Positions 19,805 through 29,286 of a stretch of DNA of 64,000 bases are shown in pieces. A program made the translations under genes and the position numbers. The notes beneath the pieces were generated by a model. It did not search any database and was not told the origin of the DNA. It saw only the letters and a list, made by a program, of their open reading frames with translations. Source of the stretch: Deltaproteobacteria bacterium (lineage in GTDB: Bacteria > Desulfobacterota > Desulfobaccia > Desulfobaccales > 0-14-0-80-60-11); the NCBI GenBank assembly GCA_030018495.1, contig JASEFS010000002.1, forward strand, positions 75,359 to 139,358, in the 5' to 3' direction. Each line of letters begins with the position of its first letter. Within the stretch, counting starts at the first letter, position 1.

Positions 19805-20569
19805 TCACCTCCGCTCCGTTTGAGCCTTTGCCTTCCCGTTCTTCTTTAGTGTACCCTCCAATTGCTCCAATTCCCGGCAGCACAGGGGATGCCCCAACTG
19901 ACAGCCTTTCTTAAAGTCCGCCAGTCCCTTATCCGGCTCATTCAGATGCCTGTAATAAATCTGCCCCCGGGCAAAATAAAACAACGGCCCTTCGGGATTG
20001 AGTTCAATGGCGCGGCTCATATCGCCCACGGCCTCCTGAAAATTCCCCAGGGAGAATTTGACCATGCCGCGCTTGAAGTAGCCCCAGGGGTTTTTGGGCG
20101 CCAGGTTTACGGCCCGATTCAGGTCCTGAAGTGCGTCCTCCAGTCTGCCTTCCTGGGTATAGGCCTCGGCCCGCTCCTGGTAGGCCTCGGCGTTCTTCGG
20201 GTCAGCAGACAATGCCTTGGTGAAGAGCGCGATGGCCTCCTGGTACTTGCCATCTTCGACAAGCAGTTTTCCCTTGGCTTGCAAAAGAGGTGCCTTTCCG
20301 GGGTTGAATTTCAGCCCCTGATCCAACTCTTTTAGAGCCTCATCCCGGCGCTTGAGGGCATTCAGCGAATTTGCCCGTGCCACCCGGGCTTCAGCGCTCG
20401 TTGGGTGCTTCGCCAAATACTCTCCCAACAGCTTTACCGCGTCTTCGTGCTTGCCGGCCCTCTGGGCTTCCAGGCCCTGGGCCATCAGGTCCGCGGCCGC
20501 GGCCAGGACCGGAGCCGCCAAAAGCAATGCCACCGTCAACAGAACTGCGGGCCATTTGTTCGCCCTCAT
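19805..20569 (-). CDS. exported TPR-repeat protein
   Basis: Signal peptide MRANKWPAVLLTVALLLAAPVLAAA followed by repeated 34-aa TPR-like units (A..Y...A/G...P). Confidence 0.75.
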   Translation of the reverse strand: MRANKWPAVLLTVALLLAAPVLAAAADLMAQGLEAQRAGKHEDAVKLLGEYLAKHPTSAEARVARANSLNALKRRDEALKELDQGLKFNPGKAPLLQAKGKLLVEDGKYQEAIALFTKALSADPKNAEAYQERAEAYTQEGRLEDALQDLNRAVNLAPKNPWGYFKRGMVKFSLGNFQEAVGDMSRAIELNPEGPLFYFARGQIYYRHLNEPDKGLADFKKGCQLGHPLCCRELEQLEGTLKKNGKAKAQTERR

Positions 20570-20680
20570 TAACCGCTCCCTGGAAGCCGAAGTTCGTCCG
20601 GCGTGAAGTTTCTTATCCCCTTGCCGTTATTCTTGGGCTTTTTACACTGAAAACGGCCGGCCGGGAACTGAAAATGGAAA

Positions 20681-20707
20681 GGGTCATCCGTCTTGAGCAG
20701 ATGACCC
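20681..20707 (-). terminator. candidate intrinsic terminator after htpX
   Basis: GGGTCATC...GATGACCC inverted repeat about 40 nt past the htpX stop. On the minus strand it is followed by TTTCCATTTT. Confidence 0.45.
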
Positions 20708-20747
20708 TCCGGAAATTATCAGAAGTTATTTTCCTTGAGCCCGAAAT

Positions 20748-21602
20748 TTAATAGCTCCGCATGGCCCTGAGGCGCGCCACCCGCTCCTCGATGGGGGGAT
20801 GAGTGCTGAACCAGCTCATCACGCCGCCGCCCGCGAGCGGGTTGACGATGAACAGGGGCTCCGTGGCCGGGTTGGCCTGCATGGGAGCTTTCTGGACCCC
20901 GTAGGCCAGTTTTTCCAGCGCCCGGGCCAGGGATTCAGGGTTCTGGGCCAGCTTGGCGCCGGTTTCATCCGCGATGTACTCCCGGGACCGGGAAATGGCC
21001 ATCTGGATGAGCATGGCCGCCAACGGCGCCAGAATAGCCAGGGCGATCACCCCGATGATGCCCAAAGCGCCGCCGCCTTCTTCGTCATCCCGGCCGCCGC
21101 CGAGGAAAAGACTCCACTTGGCCATGTCCGCCATGATCATGATGGCCCCGGCCAAAGTGGCGGCCACCGTCTGGATGAGGATGTCCCGGTTCTTGATGTG
21201 CCCCATCTCATGGGCCAGTACGCCCTTCAGTTCCGTGGGCGTCAGCAGGCGCAAAATGCCCGTGGTCACCGCCACCGCCCCGTGTTCGGGGTTGCGCCCG
21301 GTGGCAAAGGCGTTGGGGTTGTCGTTGGGGATGATGTACACCTTGGGCTTGGGGATATTCGCGGCCCGGCTCAACTCCTCCACCATACGGTGCAGGTCCG
21401 GGGCTTCCCCGGGGCTCACCTCCTGGGCACTGTACATCCTAAGCACGATCTTGTCCGAGAACCAGTAGCTGAAGAAATTCATCGCCAGCGCGATGATGAA
21501 CGCGATATACATGCCGGTGCGGCCGCCCAGAAGGTTGCCGATGAATACCAGAAACACCGTCAGTCCTGCCAGGAGCAGGAAGGTTTTGATTTTATTGTTC
21601 AT
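20748..21602 (-). CDS. htpX: zinc metalloprotease HtpX (M48 family)
   Basis: HEMGH zinc motif, multiple TM helices and a typical HtpX N-terminus. Confidence 0.9.
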   Translation of the reverse strand: MNNKIKTFLLLAGLTVFLVFIGNLLGGRTGMYIAFIIALAMNFFSYWFSDKIVLRMYSAQEVSPGEAPDLHRMVEELSRAANIPKPKVYIIPNDNPNAFATGRNPEHGAVAVTTGILRLLTPTELKGVLAHEMGHIKNRDILIQTVAATLAGAIMIMADMAKWSLFLGGGRDDEEGGGALGIIGVIALAILAPLAAMLIQMAISRSREYIADETGAKLAQNPESLARALEKLAYGVQKAPMQANPATEPLFIVNPLAGGGVMSWFSTHPPIEERVARLRAMRSY

Positions 21603-21707
21603 AAGTCAACTCCCTTCAGAGGAAGGAACTCGACCTCCTTTCTCATCTTCTGAGTTTTTCATTAGACGACCTCTCCGCTTAAATAGTAAAGATTAGCGGG
21701 AACTTTG

Positions 21708-22526
21708 TCAACAAAATCCGGTCTTCGCCCCGTCGGGGCCGGGGGCCTTAAGTAAAAGAAAATACTCCTGATTGCCCTTGGGGCCCTGAAGCGGCGAGGG
21801 GAAGGCCGGGCTTGCCTCAAACCCTATATCCATGGCGGCCCGGGCCACTTTTTCCACGGCCTCTCTTTGCAATACCGGGTCCCGCACCACTCCCCCTTTC
21901 CCTACCTTGCCCTTGCCCACTTCGAACTGGGGCTTGACCAGGGCCAGGATGAGGCCGCCGGGAGCCAGAAATTCCATAATCCTGGGGATTACCAAAGTCA
22001 GCGAAATAAAGGATAAATCCAGGGTGGCCAAGTCGATGGGTTCCGTTACCGCCTCTTTGGGGAGCAGGCGGATGTTGGTGCGCTCCAGCACCACCACCCG
22101 TGGGTCCTGACGCAGGCTCTGGTCAAGCTGGCCGTAGCCCACGTCCACGGCGTACACCCTGGCCGCGCCCCGAAGAAGCAGCACCTGGGTAAAGCCGCCG
22201 GTCGAAGCCCCGGCGTCCAGACAGACCTTGCCCTGCACGTCCACCCCGAAGTGGTCCAGCGCGGGAGAGAGCTTCTCGCCCCCCCGGCTGACGAAGGCCT
22301 GGGCCGGCTTGAGGGTGATTTCCGCGTCCGCGGCCACCAGGGCACCCGCCTTGGTCACCGGCAGGCCGTCCACCAGCACCCGCCCGGCCAGAATGAGGGC
22401 CTGGGCCTTGGCGCGGCTGTCGGCCAGGCCGTGGGTAAGCAAAAGCTGATCCAGGCGAGTTTTTTGGGGTTTTTGGTTTTTGGTTTTTGGTTGGTGGTTC
22501 AAAAAATGACAAAAAATAGTCAGCAA
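21708..22526 (-). CDS. tlyA: TlyA-family rRNA 2'-O-methyltransferase
   Basis: S4 domain (RLDQLLLTHGLADSRAKAQALILAGRVLVDG) plus FtsJ-type SAM motif LDAGASTGGFTQVLL. The start is uncertain: only TTG codons at 22526 or 22502. The first ~20 codons are encoded by a heptamer repeat. Confidence 0.85.
   Translation of the reverse strand: MLTIFCHFLNHQPKTKNQKPQKTRLDQLLLTHGLADSRAKAQALILAGRVLVDGLPVTKAGALVAADAEITLKPAQAFVSRGGEKLSPALDHFGVDVQGKVCLDAGASTGGFTQVLLLRGAARVYAVDVGYGQLDQSLRQDPRVVVLERTNIRLLPKEAVTEPIDLATLDLSFISLTLVIPRIMEFLAPGGLILALVKPQFEVGKGKVGKGGVVRDPVLQREAVEKVARAAMDIGFEASPAFPSPLQGPKGNQEYFLLLKAPGPDGAKTGFC
22461..22497. repeat. heptanucleotide tandem array (TTTTTGG, the reverse complement of CCAAAAA; ~5 units)
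   Basis: tttttgg ggtttttgg tttttgg tttttgg ttggtgg. Lies at the tlyA 5' end and the left edge of the R-M cassette. Confidence 0.85.
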
Positions 22527-22550
22527 GTTATTTCCATTTATGTTCTTAAT

Positions 22551-23162
22551 TCAAGGTGCAATGCCAATTAGTACTAAAGGAACCGCCGGAACGCCCCGAC
22601 CTTGTCTGACGACATTGTAAAGCTCCCCCTCGTAATATGCGATGCCAGAGCTCATCTGTGATTGCAGGAATTTGACAGGCAGAATTTCTATACCTACATC
22701 AATATAGTCACCCACAAAAAATGCAAGGTGTTTTACAAAAAGATCATAGGCCACAAAAGAATATTTACCAAATTGTACTTCAACAGCAACACGGTCTTTT
22801 ACAAAGTCTGTTTGGTTATAACTGAAAATTGGCAATTCTCCTGCTTCCTCGATCTCTTTTTTCTGTTCTTCTGCTGACAAAGTGAGCGTTTTCCGAATCA
22901 ATTTTTCGCTTTTTGTAACCCAATATTTAACCCTGCTTTCATGCCAACCATTGGAACGCAATAGCCTTGCAAATGTTTTGTTTAATCCTATTGGGCTATA
23001 AAGTAGTTTACCACTCATTTTTTTTTCTTTAGATACCTTAGTCTTACACACCTCTGCGTCCACCGATGCGACCACTTCTTGAATTTCTTGCCATAAATTT
23101 GGTTTGTGAACTAATAAAAATTCCAAACCGTTTAAATGGGAGTAGGTTTCAACGATCTTCAT
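22551..23162 (-). CDS. type II restriction endonuclease, BglII/BamHI-fold (BglII-like EVQ active site)
   Basis: 203 aa in an AT-rich gene. TDFVKDRVAVEVQFGKYSF aligns, from my memory of R.BglII, with DIDFGKRDTLVEVQFSNYPF (the D, E and Q positions). The C-terminal PLVLIGI resembles BglII PIRLVGLI. Overlaps the upstream methyltransferase by 4 nt. Confidence 0.65.
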   Translation of the reverse strand: MKIVETYSHLNGLEFLLVHKPNLWQEIQEVVASVDAEVCKTKVSKEKKMSGKLLYSPIGLNKTFARLLRSNGWHESRVKYWVTKSEKLIRKTLTLSAEEQKKEIEEAGELPIFSYNQTDFVKDRVAVEVQFGKYSFVAYDLFVKHLAFFVGDYIDVGIEILPVKFLQSQMSSGIAYYEGELYNVVRQGRGVPAVPLVLIGIAP

Positions 23163-24106
23163 TTAGTCTGATGGTCATCAAAATATTCAATTAATTTTAG
23201 CTGCTTATCTTCTTGCGGATTACTCCATGGTGAAATTTTTAAACTATTTCCTGCTTCTTTGGGATCATAGATGGGTTTATCCATTGGGCGGGTTCTTAGC
23301 GTTCCATCAAGCTCTTCCTTAATTCTTTTTCTTGCCAACTCAACATATCTCTCAACAGTCTCTGCGCCAGCTCCACGACGTTTATGACGAATAGCCGCAA
23401 TTATTGATGTACCGGTACCCAAGAATGGATCCAATACCCAATCTCCCTCCTTGGTCATTGAAAGGACAAGGCGCTCAATAAGTTCAACCGGAAACTGGCA
23501 CGGATGATCTGTTTTTTCTACATGGTTGCACTTGACATTAGGAATATTCCACAAATCGCCGGGATTTTTTCCTAAAGGATTGCATGAATACTTTCCTGCA
23601 TTTGGTCCTTTAAAGTATTTTTTTCCTGGATATTTCTGCGGTACTCTGATCGGGTCCAGGTTAAAAAAGTATTCATCCGATTTTGTGAACCAAATTATCG
23701 TCTCATAACGCCCTGAAAAGCGGCGGCTACAATGAAGACCATGTTCGAAATGCCATATTACCCGATTTCGCATCTTAAGGCCAAAATTTGTAAATATTGG
23801 ATATAGCACTGTGTCAAGTGGGATAATCGACCCCTTTTCAACATAGTTTCCCACTTGCCAACATATACTTCCTAGGGGTGATAAGCAACGGACACATTCC
23901 TTTATTACATTATATTGTTGATTAAAATATAATTCTAATTTAAGCCGCTTTTCATATTCCTTACCGATGTTATAAGGAGGTGATGTAACAATTAGTTGTA
24001 TGGAATCGTTGGGTATGGTTCTTAATAGATCAAGGCAGTCACCAAAGTAGACAACAATATGCTCTGATAGAGAGAAATTCTCTACTATTTTTTTGTTAGC
24101 AAACAT
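23159..24106 (-). CDS. beta-class DNA methyltransferase, probably N4-cytosine (SPPY)
   Basis: Motif IV IVTSPPYNIG precedes motif I VLDPFLGTGTS, which is the beta-class order. S-P-P-Y is typical of m4C enzymes such as M.BamHI and M.BglII. AT-rich like the endonuclease gene. Confidence 0.8.
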   Translation of the reverse strand: MFANKKIVENFSLSEHIVVYFGDCLDLLRTIPNDSIQLIVTSPPYNIGKEYEKRLKLELYFNQQYNVIKECVRCLSPLGSICWQVGNYVEKGSIIPLDTVLYPIFTNFGLKMRNRVIWHFEHGLHCSRRFSGRYETIIWFTKSDEYFFNLDPIRVPQKYPGKKYFKGPNAGKYSCNPLGKNPGDLWNIPNVKCNHVEKTDHPCQFPVELIERLVLSMTKEGDWVLDPFLGTGTSIIAAIRHKRRGAGAETVERYVELARKRIKEELDGTLRTRPMDKPIYDPKEAGNSLKISPWSNPQEDKQLKLIEYFDDHQTK

Positions 24107-24206
24107 TTAAAACCTTACCTTTTAATCCACCTTAGCACTTTCTACTCCCATACCATATGTTCCCAACCACATCAATGGTGGGAAATGCCCACCCTACATT
24201 TTCTCT

Positions 24207-24264
24207 GGCCACTGGCCACTGGCCACTGACCACTGGCCACTGGTCACTAATCCCTGATCCCTGA
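24207..24264. repeat. heptanucleotide tandem arrays (GGCCACT)x6 followed by (TCCCTGA)x2
   Basis: ggccact ggccact ggccact gaccact ggccact ggtcact aa tccctga tccctga. Lies immediately downstream of the dxs stop and at the right edge of the R-M cassette. Confidence 0.9.
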
Positions 24265-24267
24265 CCC

Positions 24268-26238
24268 CTATCCCTTAAAGCTTCCCCAAATAACCTTCTG
24301 CTCCCGGGCAGGCTGCTCCAGGATTTCCAAGGCGCCTTTCAGGATGCCCTTGGCGTCCAGGCCGTATTTTTTCCGGAGGAGGTCCGGGGCGCCGTGCTCC
24401 ACGAATTGGTCGGGGACGGCCAGGCGTTTCACCGGCACCAGGAGCCCGTGGTCGGCCAATAGCTCCAGCACCGCGCTGCCGAAGCCCCCCTGGGCCACGT
24501 TTTCCTCCACCGTGAGAACCCGGCCCCGCTTGGCGGCCAGGTTCAAAATCAGGCCCTCATCCAGAGGTTTGATAAAGCGGGCGTTCACCACCGTGGCCTG
24601 GAAGCCCTGGTTTTCCAGTTCCCTGGCGGCCTCCAGGGAGGGATACACCGAGGCCCCGACGGCCAGAATCAGCAGGTCCTCCCCCTCCCGGAGCACTTCG
24701 GCCCGGCCGATGGGAATCTTGTGCAGCACGGGGCTGAAATTGACGCCCACTCCCCGGCCCCGGGGGTAGCGCAAGGCAATGGGTCCGGGATAATCCACCG
24801 CGGTGTAGAGCATGTGCCTCAGCTCGTCCTCGTCCTTGGGAGCCATGAGCACCATGTTGGGCAAGTGTCTGAGGTAGGAGAGGTCGAACAGGCCCTGGTG
24901 GGTTTCGCCGTCTTCGCCCACCATGCCGCCCCGGTCCAGGGCCAGCACCACCGGCAGGTTCTGGAGGCAGACGTCGTGGAGCACCTGGTCGTAGGCCCGC
25001 TGGAGGAAGGTGGAATAAATGGCGGCCACCGGCCGCATGCCCTCCAGGGCCAGGCCCGCCGCAAAGGTGACCGCGTGCTGCTCGCAGATGCCCACGTCAT
25101 AAAAGCGGTCCGGGAACTTGGCCCGGAAGTCCACGAGCCCCGTGCCGTCGGGCATGGCCGCGGTGATGGCCACGATTTTGCGGTTTTCCTGGGCCAGCTC
25201 CACCAGGGTGTCGCCGAATACCGCGGTATAGGACGGCACCTCGCTGACGCTCTTTTGGGCCACGCCGGTGTCCGGGTCGAATTTCCCCAGACCGTGGAAG
25301 CTGGTGGGGTCGGTTTCCGCGGGCCGGTAGCCTTTGCCCTTGGTGGTGATGACGTGCACCAAAACCGGGCCGGTCAAATTTTTGATGTTGGTGAAGGTCT
25401 CCAGCAGGTGGTCGAAGCGGTGGCCGTTCAAGGGACCGACGTAGTTGAATTTCAGCGCCTCAAAGAGCATGCCGGGCGTGAAAAAGGCCTTGAGGGACTC
25501 CTCGCTTTTTTTGGCCAGAGCCAGGAGGTCCTCGCCGATGCCCGGAAAGGACTTGAGCAGATATTCCACCTGCTTTTTGAGATACACCATGGTGCGGCCG
25601 GTGAGCTTGCGGCTCAGAAACGACGACATGGCCCCCACGTTGGGGGCGATGGACATGCCGTTGTCATTCAAGACGACGATGAGGTCCTTGTGCAGGTCGC
25701 CGGCGTTGTTCAGGGCCTCCAGGGCGATGCCCGCGGTGAGCGCGCCGTCGCCGATGACCGCGATAACCCGGCCCCGCTCCCGCTTCAGGCAGCGGCCGCA
25801 GGCCATGCCTAAGGCCGCGGAAATGGAAGTGGAGCTGTGGCCGGTGTCGAACGCGTCGTAGGGGCTTTCGGCCCGTTTGGGGAAGCCGCTGATGCCGCCG
25901 TACTGGCGCAGGGTGTGAAAGCGCTCCTGGCGGCCGGTGAGGAGCTTGTGGGCGTAAGCCTGGTGGCCGACGTCCCAGACGATCTTGTCTCTGGGGGAGT
26001 CAAAAATATAGTGCAGGGCGATGGTAAGCTCCACCACGCCCAGGCTGGGGGCCAGATGCCCGCCGGTCTTGGCCACCGTGGCGATGATTTTTTCGCGAAT
26101 TTCCTGGGCCACCTGGGGCAGGAACTCCGGCGGCAGCTTTTTCAGGTCCGCGGGGTTGCCGATCTTGGCCAGCAAGCCGCGACGTTCCGGCTCGGTTCGA
26201 GTAGTTTGGCGGTCGTCCATGTCTCTCCTCCCCCTCAT
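24268..26238 (-). CDS. dxs: 1-deoxy-D-xylulose-5-phosphate synthase
   Basis: [38 protein letters not shown] and the TPP motif IGDGALTAG...NDN. The start is either the ATG at 26238 (TAATG overlap with the ispA stop) or the ATG at 26220. Confidence 0.95.
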   Translation of the reverse strand: MRGRRDMDDRQTTRTEPERRGLLAKIGNPADLKKLPPEFLPQVAQEIREKIIATVAKTGGHLAPSLGVVELTIALHYIFDSPRDKIVWDVGHQAYAHKLLTGRQERFHTLRQYGGISGFPKRAESPYDAFDTGHSSTSISAALGMACGRCLKRERGRVIAVIGDGALTAGIALEALNNAGDLHKDLIVVLNDNGMSIAPNVGAMSSFLSRKLTGRTMVYLKKQVEYLLKSFPGIGEDLLALAKKSEESLKAFFTPGMLFEALKFNYVGPLNGHRFDHLLETFTNIKNLTGPVLVHVITTKGKGYRPAETDPTSFHGLGKFDPDTGVAQKSVSEVPSYTAVFGDTLVELAQENRKIVAITAAMPDGTGLVDFRAKFPDRFYDVGICEQHAVTFAAGLALEGMRPVAAIYSTFLQRAYDQVLHDVCLQNLPVVLALDRGGMVGEDGETHQGLFDLSYLRHLPNMVLMAPKDEDELRHMLYTAVDYPGPIALRYPRGRGVGVNFSPVLHKIPIGRAEVLREGEDLLILAVGASVYPSLEAARELENQGFQATVVNARFIKPLDEGLILNLAAKRGRVLTVEENVAQGGFGSAVLELLADHGLLVPVKRLAVPDQFVEHGAPDLLRKKYGLDAKGILKGALEILEQPAREQKVIWGSFKG

Positions 26239-27128
26239 TAACTGCGTCTTGTCAACAGATAGCGCCCTATTTCCCGGAGCGGCTCGGCCCGCTCCCCCAG
26301 CGGTGCCAAACCGTTGATGGCCTCATCCATCAGGCGCCGGGCCCATTCCCTGGCCTTGTCCACGCCCAGCAGGGCGGGATAGGTGGCCTTGCCTTTTTTC
26401 ACGTCCATGCCCGGAGATTTGCCCATCTCCGCGGCTTCGCCTTCAACGTCTAGTAAATCATCGGTTATTTGAAAAACCAAGCCAAATTTTTCGCCGAACG
26501 CGGTGAGCGCGGTGACTTCGGCCCGGCTGCCGCCGCCCACCAGGCCCCCGGCCCGGACCGCGGCCGTGAGCAGCGCCCCGGTTTTCAGGCGGTGGATGGT
26601 TTCAAGCTCCTTTAAGGTGACCTGCCGGCCCTCGGCCTCCAGGTCCAGCATCTGGCCTCCCACCATGCCCTGGTAGCCCGCGGCCTGGGCGATGAGCTGG
26701 ATGACTTCCAGGAGCAGGGCTTCGCGGCCCTCGAACTTGGGCGCGGCGTCGGCCATAAGGCGAAAGGCCTCGGTGAGCAGGCCGTCCCCTGCCAGGATGG
26801 CGGTGGCTTCGTCAAACTGCCTGTGGCAGGTGGGGTGGCCCCTCCTCAAGTCGTCATCGTCCATGGCCGGCAAATCATCGTGAATCAGGGAGTAGGTGTG
26901 GATCATCTCCAGAGCGCAGGCCACGGGCAGGGCTTCGCCGGTGTCGCCGCCCACGGCCTCCGCGCCGGCCAGGCACAGGATGGGGCGCAGGCGCTTGCCC
27001 CCGGCAAACAGGCTGTAGCGCATGGCCTCCACCACCCTGAAGGCCGGCCCCCGGCCCTGGGGAAGGTAGGCTTCCAGGGCGCGGTTCACCAGGCCCCGGC
27101 GGTCTTGTAAGTAGGCTTTGAGGTCCAA
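26238..27128 (-). CDS. ispA: farnesyl-diphosphate synthase
   Basis: Two Asp-rich motifs, [17 protein letters not shown] and [12 protein letters not shown] start. Confidence 0.9.
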   Translation of the reverse strand: MDLKAYLQDRRGLVNRALEAYLPQGRGPAFRVVEAMRYSLFAGGKRLRPILCLAGAEAVGGDTGEALPVACALEMIHTYSLIHDDLPAMDDDDLRRGHPTCHRQFDEATAILAGDGLLTEAFRLMADAAPKFEGREALLLEVIQLIAQAAGYQGMVGGQMLDLEAEGRQVTLKELETIHRLKTGALLTAAVRAGGLVGGGSRAEVTALTAFGEKFGLVFQITDDLLDVEGEAAEMGKSPGMDVKKGKATYPALLGVDKAREWARRLMDEAINGLAPLGERAEPLREIGRYLLTRRS

Positions 27129-27157
27129 ATCCTGCCTCGTGAGATTTTTAATATATT

Positions 27158-27255
27158 AACCACAAAGACCCAAAGGACACCAAGAGGCGTTAAGAATCCT
27201 TTTCTCTTTTTGGCATGCCAAAAAGAGAACTTTGTGATCTTTGTGTCTTTGTGGT
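27158..27255. repeat. nested palindrome (12-bp outer arms around a perfect 28-bp palindrome)
   Basis: Outer arm aaccacaaagac (27158-27169) pairs with gtctttgtggtt (27244-27255). The centre ttctctttttggca|tgccaaaaagagaa (27202-27229) is a perfect palindrome. Lies in the xseB-ispA spacer. Confidence 0.85.
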
Positions 27256-27276
27256 TCAATCTTATGCCCCGCACCC

Positions 27277-27328
27277 GGCAGTCAGCAGTCAGCAAATATC
27301 TGGCCACTGGCCACTGACCACTGGCCAC
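27277..27328. repeat. heptanucleotide tandem arrays (GCAGTCA)x2 then (GGCCACT)x4
   Basis: gcagtca gcagtca gca aatatct ggccact ggccact gaccact ggccact. Abuts the xseB stop codon. Confidence 0.9.
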
Positions 27329-27330
27329 TA

Positions 27331-27582
27331 CTACCCCTCCCCTTCCTCTTCCGGGAAAGGCTTGGTAAAAAACCTGCCGGCATTGTCCTTGAGCAAGAGC
27401 TCCACCCGGCGCTCCACTTCGTCTAGCTTGCCGTGGCAAAAGCGCACCAGGCCCACACCTTCCTCAAAGGCCTTGAGGGCTTCCTCCAGGTTCAGGTTGC
27501 CGTGCTCCAGGGCCTCCAGCACCTCTTCCAGGCGCTTTAGGGCATCTTCAAATTTTTGTTCTGGCTGTTCGTTTTTTGTCAT
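27331..27582 (-). CDS. xseB: exodeoxyribonuclease VII small subunit
   Basis: 83 aa with FEDALKRLEEVLEALEHGNLNLEEALKAFEEG, typical of XseB. Lies in the xseA-xseB-ispA-dxs context. Confidence 0.9.
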   Translation of the reverse strand: MTKNEQPEQKFEDALKRLEEVLEALEHGNLNLEEALKAFEEGVGLVRFCHGKLDEVERRVELLLKDNAGRFFTKPFPEEEGEG

Positions 27583-27690
27583 GAGTAATGCCGGGTTTCA
27601 AATAGGGCGCGCCGTGCACGCCGCTTTGAGGCGGCCAAGAGGCGCGCTATATTATTACTTTAATAATCGAATCTTAAATTACTCTTAAAC

Positions 27691-27718
27691 GAAAACCGAA
27701 AACTGAAAACCGAAAACC
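27691..27718. repeat. heptanucleotide tandem array (GAAAACC/GAAAACT)x4
   Basis: gaaaacc gaaaact gaaaacc gaaaacc, ending 4 nt from the xseA stop. Confidence 0.9.
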
Positions 27719-27722
27719 GTCT

Positions 27723-29060
27723 TTATTCCCCTGCCTCCAGCACCCGGCAATCCATCCGCCCCTTCGCCACCTGCACCCGGACCTCGGCGCCGGGAGGGAT
27801 GGCCAGGGCGTCCCGGATGATGGTGCCCTCCGGCAGTTTCGTGGCCACGGCGTAGCCCCGCTGCAGGATGGACATGGGGTCAAGCTTGGCCAGGTGGCTG
27901 GCGCAATAGTCCAGGTGGCGGCGGCGCTGGCCGAGATTCTGCTGCCAGGAGCGCAGCAGCCGCTGGCCGGACTGGTCCAGGCGCTGGCGGGCCGGGATGA
28001 CATTTCTGCCCGGGCTCAGCAAAAACAACCGGGAGCCGGCCAGACGCACCTCCCGGCGCCGCTCCGCCAGGCAGCGCCTGACGCGGCGGGCCAGGGTCTC
28101 GCCCCGCTCATCCACTCGCAGGCGCAAATCCACCACCTGCCGCCGCATGTCCGGCAGCCGGCGGGCCACCTGGGCCAGATGGCGGCGCTCGCCCTCCAGG
28201 TGCCGGGTCCAACCCCGGTACAGCGACGCGGCCAAGCGGTACAGGCGCCTGGTCAATTCAGCCTTGTCGGGCGCCACCAATTCCACGGCATGGCTGGGGG
28301 TGGCCGCCCGCACGTCCGCCACAAAATCCGCGATGGTGTAATCCACCTCGTGGCCCACCGCGGAGACCACCGGCAGGTTCGAGCGGTAAATGGCCCGGGC
28401 GACGATTTCCTCGTTGAATGGCCACAAGTCTTCCAGCGACCCGCCGCCCCGGGCTAATACTATGACCTCGATGCCCGGATAAGCGTTAAGCTCGTCCAGG
28501 GCCCGGGCGATTTCCCCCCCGGCCTCCGCGCCCTGCACCTTGACCGGATAAATCAGCACTTCAATGTTGGAGTGGCGCTGCTTGAGCAAGCGCAAAAAAT
28601 CCCGCACCACCGCGCCGGTGGGCGAAGTGACCAGGGCCAGGCGCCGGGGCAGGTAAGGCAGGGGCTTTTTATGGGCCGGGTCGAAAAGGCCCTCCGCGGC
28701 CAGCCGCGTCTTCAAAGCCTCGAAGGCCTGGGCCAGCGCGCCCAACCCCAGAGGCTCCAGATAATCCACGATTAACTGATATTCGCCCCTGAGCTCCCAC
28801 ACCGTGAGGCGCCCCCGGCAGAGCACCTTGTTGCCGTCCTGGGGCTTGTGCCGCATATACTGGTGGTTGCCTTTAAAGAGCACGGCCCGCAGCTGCGCGC
28901 CTTCATCCTTCAAGGTGAAATAGATGTGGCCGGAGGCGGCCTGACGCAGGTTGGACACCTCGCCGCTGACCCAAACAATGGCGAACTGGGTCTCGAGGCG
29001 CTCCCGGATTTCCCGGGTGAGACTCGTAACCGTATAGATGTGGGGTAAATCGTTGGCCAT
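27723..29060 (-). CDS. xseA: exodeoxyribonuclease VII large subunit
   Basis: ORF 27723..29138; the likely start is MANDLPHIYTVTSLTREIRERLE at 29060. OB-fold N-terminus plus a catalytic core (GGGSLEDLWPFNEE). Confidence 0.9.
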   Translation of the reverse strand: MANDLPHIYTVTSLTREIRERLETQFAIVWVSGEVSNLRQAASGHIYFTLKDEGAQLRAVLFKGNHQYMRHKPQDGNKVLCRGRLTVWELRGEYQLIVDYLEPLGLGALAQAFEALKTRLAAEGLFDPAHKKPLPYLPRRLALVTSPTGAVVRDFLRLLKQRHSNIEVLIYPVKVQGAEAGGEIARALDELNAYPGIEVIVLARGGGSLEDLWPFNEEIVARAIYRSNLPVVSAVGHEVDYTIADFVADVRAATPSHAVELVAPDKAELTRRLYRLAASLYRGWTRHLEGERRHLAQVARRLPDMRRQVVDLRLRVDERGETLARRVRRCLAERRREVRLAGSRLFLLSPGRNVIPARQRLDQSGQRLLRSWQQNLGQRRRHLDYCASHLAKLDPMSILQRGYAVATKLPEGTIIRDALAIPPGAEVRVQVAKGRMDCRVLEAGE

Positions 29061-29286
29061 GCTGAATAATTTAACTGCAACTATAACACAACTCCGATGG
29101 CAATCTAAGGAAATTCTTCGGGAATTGCTCCGGGACACCTTGGACCTATATACTTGATTCCTATATATTTCATACTTAACGTGTAGTTTAAAGTAACTCC
29201 TGCCGCAAGAGGCCGGCCTGACATCGCCGTTTTTACTTCAATGTATTTAAAACTCATCCATGCCGAATATTAGATAGGAGTTGAAA

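Noticed and set aside
22527-24206. Calling the R-M cassette a mobile element
   Set aside because: I could not find an integrase, transposase, terminal inverted repeats or a target-site duplication. Only the compositional shift and the broken synteny support horizontal origin.
24207-24264. Whether the tandem arrays (here and at 27301, 27691, 30884 and 35051) could be a CRISPR array
   Set aside because: The repeat unit is 7 nt and the units are head-to-tail with no spacers. The arrays are only 20-45 nt long, and no cas genes are present.
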